This document shows positions 26,591 through 31,078 of a stretch of DNA of 31,078 nucleotides, piece after piece. Origin of the DNA: a virus (lineage: Duplodnaviria > Caudoviricetes); IMG/VR virus record IMGVR_UViG_3300009678_000117, positions 1 through 31,078 of that record. One strand, 5' to 3'. The notes beneath the pieces are model-generated. The model had not been told where the DNA came from, made no database searches, and saw nothing but the letters and a program-made list of their open reading frames with translations. Both the position numbers and the translations under genes were made by a program. How positions within the stretch are numbered: position 1 is the first letter of the stretch; each line of letters starts with the position of its first letter.

Positions 26591-26639
26591 TATGTATTGC
26601 TAGATTTTCGGGAAATTAGAAAAGGGAAATAAATATAAG

Positions 26640-26816
26640 TTATTTGCCGTAACGGTGTTTTACCATTTGGGAAATAATATCTACTGCAAGGGTATAACCT
26701 TCCGTAAAGGCGTCCCGTTTTACCAAAGCCATATTTTCACCGTCCGGGTAAACGGTCTTTACATATTCCTTTAATTCGTCCAGCTTTAAAAGGTGATCCG
26801 GTAACGTGTTTTCCAT
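26640..26816 (-). CDS. 58-aa hypothetical protein
   Basis: MENTLPDHLLKLDELKEYVKTVYPDG...KHRYGK; fills the gap with phage-typical codon use. Not in the ORF track. Confidence 0.65.
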   Translation of the reverse strand: MENTLPDHLLKLDELKEYVKTVYPDGENMALVKRDAFTEGYTLAVDIISQMVKHRYGK

Positions 26817-26835
26817 AACTATAAAATTTTACTTG

Positions 26836-27398
26836 TTTAAAATGCCCATTCGTTAGACGGCCGGACCTTTATCAACCACTTTTTTTTCGGCGGCAATACC
26901 TTTTTTCCAATCATTGACTGCCTTTTTACAAAAGGCTATTCTGCCGTCAAAAGGGGCATCAAATTGATCACACACCATACTTACCAATCTTTCCAACTCA
27001 TATTCGTCACTCCCTTTATCAATCACCGATTCTTTTTTTGTTGGTGGGAAAAATTCTTGCGCTGGCATTGGCATACTCAATGGGCCTGTATATTCTTGCT
27101 CTTGCAGTAATTCAAAAATGTTTTTGTCGCCACTCCCTTTATCAATAGGTAGGGCGGCAGCAAGGGAAACATTATAATTCTTTTTTAGTCGTTCAATAAA
27201 GTCATTCCTTCTTTCCCTTGAATCTCTGTAATCATCCATCATGTCAATAATGTCATCCCAAATTTGGTAAGGATCAACGTCCTTGTATGCAGGTGCAATA
27301 GGTTGTGATTGTTTTCTCTTATTCATGACTATTTGGTTTATTGGTATGGCTACTGTTTTGATAGTATTTAAAATGCCCATTCGTTAGACGTGCGGACC
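26836..27398. mobile_element. Insertion flanked by 32-bp direct repeats (26836-26867, 27367-27398)
   Basis: TTTAAAATGCCCATTCGTTAGACG identical (24 nt), 30/32 overall, 531 nt apart; the interior has atypical composition. No transposase. Confidence 0.7.
26853..27380 (-). CDS. Mosaic hypothetical protein with three [IV]DKG linker repeats
   Basis: 175-aa ORF (may start at MNKRK, 27326); its stop codon lies inside the left direct repeat. Confidence 0.6.
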   Translation of the reverse strand: MGILNTIKTVAIPINQIVMNKRKQSQPIAPAYKDVDPYQIWDDIIDMMDDYRDSRERRNDFIERLKKNYNVSLAAALPIDKGSGDKNIFELLQEQEYTGPLSMPMPAQEFFPPTKKESVIDKGSDEYELERLVSMVCDQFDAPFDGRIAFCKKAVNDWKKGIAAEKKVVDKGPAV

Positions 27399-27730
27399 GT
27401 TACTACCTGCGCGGCGCCGGTCTGCCAGTCATAATTAAGATACTTCCGTACGTTGTCCGCGTTCTGTAGCGCCTGGATATTACCTTCTATGTAACCCAGT
27501 TCTTCTATTATCCGGTCTACTGTCCAGCTGGTAGCGGTCCGCCCTTTACCGGTTAGGTACGGCGTAGAATAACAAAACTGCCTGAAATAATCCAGCGTAA
27601 TAGTAAACACTTTACCCCGGCGCTTTGCATTGGTCCGCAGATTAATGTAGCTGTAGCGTATTGGATCCGCTGCGCGGGTACGGCGGCTGCGGCATGTGCT
27701 ACATTTGCAATCGGTTTTACAAATTTTCAT
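27368..27730 (-). CDS. HNH / His-Me finger-like protein
   Basis: N-terminal Cys cluster, NAKRRGKVFTIT and TVDRI...GYIEGNIQ...N.RK pattern. Confidence 0.65.
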   Translation of the reverse strand: MKICKTDCKCSTCRSRRTRAADPIRYSYINLRTNAKRRGKVFTITLDYFRQFCYSTPYLTGKGRTATSWTVDRIIEELGYIEGNIQALQNADNVRKYLNYDWQTGAAQVVTVRTSNEWAF

Positions 27731-27741
27731 AACGCCAAAGT

Positions 27742-27761
27742 AGGTATTTTTTACAATACCC
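27742..27761. promoter_or_regulatory. Third copy of the palindromic operator
   Basis: AGGTAT-N8-ATACCC in the intergenic gap, next to a degenerate -7 element (minus strand TACTTTGG). Confidence 0.6.
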
Positions 27762-27784
27762 GCTACAATGTTTATAAATTATTT

Positions 27785-28615
27785 TTAATACAGGTCACCC
27801 AGCGCCGCCCGGAAAATACGGTCCTGCGCTATTTTAAAATAATTTTCGTCCTTTTCCATGCAAATAAAATTTCTGTTCGTGTTAATACAGGCTATTGCGG
27901 TCGTACCGGATCCGGCAAACGGATCTAAAACCAAAGCTTTTTCGCTAGAAAAGGATTTAATAAAAAATTCTGGTAGCGCAATAGGAAAAACAGCGGGGTG
28001 CTTTACGTTTATGCTGTGCTGGTTTAGAACGTTGTTTATATTTATAACGTTTGAAGGCCTTGCCGTTTTAAGGGTTTGCATAGATAGGGTATTCATAGCG
28101 GTCATGCCGCTACCGCTACCGGGGGCGCCGCATTGTTTCCTAAATGCGCGGGCAGTACTTTCTGGTTTTACAGGGCTGCCGCAAGCTTCCGGGTTAAAAA
28201 TTAAATTTTCGGGGGCGGACGTAGAAAAATGGTAAACGGGCTCAAATGCGTTTTTAAATCTTCCTTTGTGCTTACCTGGAAAGGCGTTTTTAGTCCAACA
28301 AAATTCATCTATATATTTAAATCCAACTTCTCTAACAAGCAATAGTATCAAATCAAATACATATAAAACCCTTTCGCCTTTTTCGGTATGCGGTTTTATG
28401 TTTAAGAAAAAACTTCCTTCCGGTTTTAATACCCTTTTTATCTGTTTCGCTATACCTATAAACCAAACATTGTATAAACTTTCTTCTAACCCCCCGTAGG
28501 TGTTTTTACGCCTATCCGCATACGGCGGGGAAGTAAAAATAAGGTCTACGCTTTTGTCCTTTATGCCTTTCATCAGTTCTAAACAGTCGCCTAAATAAAT
28601 AGTGTTCTTTTCCAT
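27785..28615 (-). CDS. Orphan beta-class N4-C/N6-A DNA methyltransferase
   Basis: GDCLE, IFTSPPY (motif IV) before HPAVFP and VLDPFAGSGTT (motif I). Confidence 0.93.
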   Translation of the reverse strand: MEKNTIYLGDCLELMKGIKDKSVDLIFTSPPYADRRKNTYGGLEESLYNVWFIGIAKQIKRVLKPEGSFFLNIKPHTEKGERVLYVFDLILLLVREVGFKYIDEFCWTKNAFPGKHKGRFKNAFEPVYHFSTSAPENLIFNPEACGSPVKPESTARAFRKQCGAPGSGSGMTAMNTLSMQTLKTARPSNVININNVLNQHSINVKHPAVFPIALPEFFIKSFSSEKALVLDPFAGSGTTAIACINTNRNFICMEKDENYFKIAQDRIFRAALGDLY

Positions 28616-30543
28616 TATTTTTTATAATATTTACTTACAAACCCGTCCGCCCCTAACGGTAAACCGGGCGCCCATTTGATAGGGGCGGCCATTAAAGAAA
28701 CAATAAAATCCAAATGACTTGCCGGATCCGGGTATGGCCCGCTTTCGGCTATTAATTCATCATGTACGTTTAAAAGGATAGGGTACCCGGCGGCGTCAAC
28801 TTTTAACATGCCTTCCATCAGTACGTCACGGGCTATAGCCTGCACAATGTTTTCTACCCATTTGCCGCCGTAGCTTTGGATCCGGCCCCACTGTTTAGTT
28901 AACTGTATTACGCCTTCATAGGTCACTACTTCGCCGTATTGGCCCTGCTCAATTTTGGGGCGCAGGTAGGCTAATTTTCTGCCGGACGGTAAGGTAATAA
29001 ATAAAACGTTTTTGATAACCTGGAAAACTACGTTTTTCTGCGTCGTAATTTTCGCGTTATCGCGTACCGCGTCTATTGCTGCGTCGTTTATAATCTTCCA
29101 GTACGCTACTATCTTTTTATTAGCGCCCCGCCAACTATAAACAAGGTCCGGTAATTCATCTTCAGTTAAACCCATGTTCAGGGCGCCCATTGTTATAAGC
29201 GCATTTACGCCGCCCTGGTACCCTAACGCCAATTCTGCGATCTTGCCCCGCTGCCGTTCGGGTTTAGTTACCTGGTCAATCGGTTTGCGTAGCATAGCGG
29301 CGGCGGACGCTTCGTAAATCTTGCCGTGGGTTTTAAATATCTCAAGTCGCCAATTTTCGCCCGCTAACCAGGCAGTAATACGGGCCTCTATGCTGGACAA
29401 GTCGGAAACGTAAAGCAGTTTCCCCGGTTCAGCGATAAACGCCGTTCTAATAAGCTGGCTTAACGTGTCGGGTAGGTTACCGTAAAGTAAATCCAGTCCG
29501 TCCGTGTCGCCTGCTAAAACCATATTACGGGCGGTGTCCAGGTCCTTATCGTTTAGCTGTATGCCGGGCAGGTTTTGCGGTTGTATCCGCCGGCCGGCGT
29601 TCCTGCCGGTCCGTCCTGCGCCGTAGAATTGTATTAAACCGCGTGCCCTGCCGTCTGCGCTTATGCAGTCCAGCATTGCCGCCCATTTTTTGTTACTTGT
29701 TTTCGCTAGTTCCTGCCGGATCTGTAAAACGCGTTTATCTACCCCTATAGCGGTGTCCGCTAATTCTTTTACGTTTGCTTTAGTTAGGCTGGTAACGCCT
29801 AAAAACTGTTTCAGCTGCGCGGCGCTGTTCGGGTTTTCTAGCCCGGTAAGTTTCCGGGCCTCTTCCATTAAGTCTATAGCGTTATAGTCATCCATCAAAA
29901 TAGCCCGGCTAATTAACTTTGTATCCAGCAATACCCCCCGGTCGTTTATCCGCTGGTCCAGCGCCCAGTACCCCCGTTCTGTGTCGGTTATTTCTACAAA
30001 CTTTATCTTATCATATACCAGCATTTCCAGCGTAACGTCCTGCGCGTTATACTCAATAAACCGCTGCCACTTTTCGGGGTTATGCCAGGGCATATTCCGC
30101 GTGCGTCCGCCGTTAACTTTGGTAGGCTTGCAGGGCGTACAAAAGTATTTTATTAGCGCCTTGCCTTCCGCTAATTTACCTATAGGCAGGTTTAAAACTT
30201 TCGCTACCAGGTCCAGGCCAAACGGTAAACCGGCATAGGCGCCGTGTACCATAGTACAAAACCACTGTTCCGGGGGCAGGTACGTTTTAAGATAGGCGGA
30301 AATACAAATACGTTCAAAGCTGGCATTGTAGGCCGTTTTCTTTACTGCCGGGTCTGTAATGGCTTTTACAATTTCGTCCGGTAGGTTTTCTATTGTCAGG
30401 TCGTAAACGACTACAGGCCCGCCGTCAATACTGCAGGCGAATAGTAAAATAGTAAACGCCGGATCTTCCGCATAACGGTACGTCCCGGCGTCTTTTAAGC
30501 TGGTTTCGCTGTAGGTTTCTATGTCAATAGATAGGGTTTGCAT
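28615..30543 (-). CDS. Family A DNA polymerase with 3'-5' exonuclease
   Basis: IDIET and YNASFE exonuclease motifs; SDLSSIEAR (A), RQRGKIAELALGY (B), VHDE (C). Likely start MQTLSIDIET (30543). Confidence 0.95.
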   Translation of the reverse strand: MQTLSIDIETYSETSLKDAGTYRYAEDPAFTILLFACSIDGGPVVVYDLTIENLPDEIVKAITDPAVKKTAYNASFERICISAYLKTYLPPEQWFCTMVHGAYAGLPFGLDLVAKVLNLPIGKLAEGKALIKYFCTPCKPTKVNGGRTRNMPWHNPEKWQRFIEYNAQDVTLEMLVYDKIKFVEITDTERGYWALDQRINDRGVLLDTKLISRAILMDDYNAIDLMEEARKLTGLENPNSAAQLKQFLGVTSLTKANVKELADTAIGVDKRVLQIRQELAKTSNKKWAAMLDCISADGRARGLIQFYGAGRTGRNAGRRIQPQNLPGIQLNDKDLDTARNMVLAGDTDGLDLLYGNLPDTLSQLIRTAFIAEPGKLLYVSDLSSIEARITAWLAGENWRLEIFKTHGKIYEASAAAMLRKPIDQVTKPERQRGKIAELALGYQGGVNALITMGALNMGLTEDELPDLVYSWRGANKKIVAYWKIINDAAIDAVRDNAKITTQKNVVFQVIKNVLFITLPSGRKLAYLRPKIEQGQYGEVVTYEGVIQLTKQWGRIQSYGGKWVENIVQAIARDVLMEGMLKVDAAGYPILLNVHDELIAESGPYPDPASHLDFIVSLMAAPIKWAPGLPLGADGFVSKYYKK

Positions 30544-30544
30544 T

Positions 30545-30736
30545 TTAGCGGTATTGCGGGGTAGGTACAAAAACACTATGCAAACCGATATTTGTAATAT
30601 GCTTAAACGTATAAATCCAGCCCCCTGGTACCCTTGTAATTACCCAGGAAACGCCGTTTGGCGCCGGGCTATCTATCGTTACCTGACTGTCTATTTCCAT
30701 ATCCAGCATTTCCGCTAAACCGTTTTCTAGTTGCAT
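30545..30736 (-). CDS. Small hypothetical protein
   Basis: 63 aa with WVITRVPGGWIY; stop 1 nt before the polymerase start. Confidence 0.65.
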   Translation of the reverse strand: MQLENGLAEMLDMEIDSQVTIDSPAPNGVSWVITRVPGGWIYTFKHITNIGLHSVFVPTPQYR

Positions 30737-30759
30737 AGTAATATTTTTAAAAGGTAATT

Positions 30760-30790
30760 AAAAAGGGCGCCCATTCGGCAAAGGCGCCCT
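30760..30790 (-). terminator. Probable Rho-independent terminator
   Basis: AGGGCGCC-N11-GGCGCCCT stem followed by a T-run on the minus strand, 20 nt after the DUF2815 stop. Confidence 0.65.
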
Positions 30791-30810
30791 ATGATTGCCC
30801 GCCGAAATAG

Positions 30811-31078
30811 TTAAATATCGTCGTTATCTATATCGTCTTTAAAGTCTTCCGCCGCCGTGGATCCGCCGCCTAAGTTTTCGCCGTCCTTAGTCTTCAAAAG
30901 GTTGTTAAGCCCTACCGCTACGCCTACGCCGCCGTCTACATTGTACGGGTAAAAATTAATACTGCACTTCGCATAAACGCCGCTATAAAATTCGTCCCGT
31001 TCTATAATCTCATTACCTGCCAGGTCAATAATGCCCGGTTTGCGTTTGCCTTTTGCGTTAATAAAATACATACCGGCA
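30811..31078 (-). CDS. DUF2815-family ssDNA-binding protein (partial, 5' end outside window)
   Basis: FINAK...PGIID, EFYSGVYA...NFYPYN...GVAVGLNNL.K..DGE.LGG, acidic tail. Confidence 0.88.
   Translation of the reverse strand, partial: AGMYFINAKGKRKPGIIDLAGNEIIERDEFYSGVYAKCSINFYPYNVDGGVGVAVGLNNLLKTKDGENLGGGSTAAEDFKDDIDNDDI

Noticed and set aside
26836-27398. IS or MITE element
   Set aside because: No terminal inverted repeats or transposase, and the flanking duplication is much longer than a typical target-site duplication.
27368-28615. Type II restriction-modification pair (methyltransferase + HNH-like gene)
   Set aside because: The HNH-like protein is short and degenerate and is separated from the methyltransferase by its own regulatory site; orphan methyltransferases are common in phages.
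14472-30576. Introns, inteins or stop-codon reassignment in terL, helicase, primase or polymerase
   Set aside because: All are uninterrupted and of normal length under the standard code; TAA, TAG and TGA all serve as stops.
340-30718. Numerous plus-strand ORFs in the track (e.g. 340..807, 2616..3161, 3541..4065, 9635..10141)
   Set aside because: They lie almost entirely antisense to well-supported minus-strand genes, have no recognisable motifs, and are expected shadows of the codon bias.

Overview
This window is a colinear stretch of a tailed dsDNA phage or prophage genome with siphovirus-type gene content. Every credible gene is on the minus strand. In transcription order (right to left) it holds: (1) a replication module with a DUF2815 ssDNA-binding protein, family A DNA polymerase, beta-class amino-DNA methyltransferase, HNH-like protein, primase-VirE/VapE helicase, an iteron-like origin candidate, VRR-NUC nuclease and SNF2 helicase; (2) the terminase small subunit; (3) a ~6 kb glycan-building cluster between terS and terL, with a Stealth-like protein, two glycosyltransferase genes, a SAM methyltransferase, a DUF1737 protein and an NDP-hexose C-methyltransferase, interrupted by a self-contained four-gene cassette; (4) terminase large subunit, portal, gpF-like head protein, a fibre-like protein, HK97 protease and major capsid protein; (5) head-tail joining genes, tail tube, tail assembly chaperone with a -1 frameshift, tape measure and tail tip genes. 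TTG-N19/20-TAnnTTTG-type promoters and the lack of Shine-Dalgarno motifs point to a Bacteroidota host. The most interesting signals are the glycosylation cluster inside the packaging module, a 17-residue copy of a capsid-protein motif in its DUF1737 protein, a palindromic operator repeated three times, a repeat-flanked 531-bp insertion, and extreme GAG/CTC avoidance alongside GGATCC enrichment. All family calls come from motif recognition by eye, not database searches, and counts are manual.
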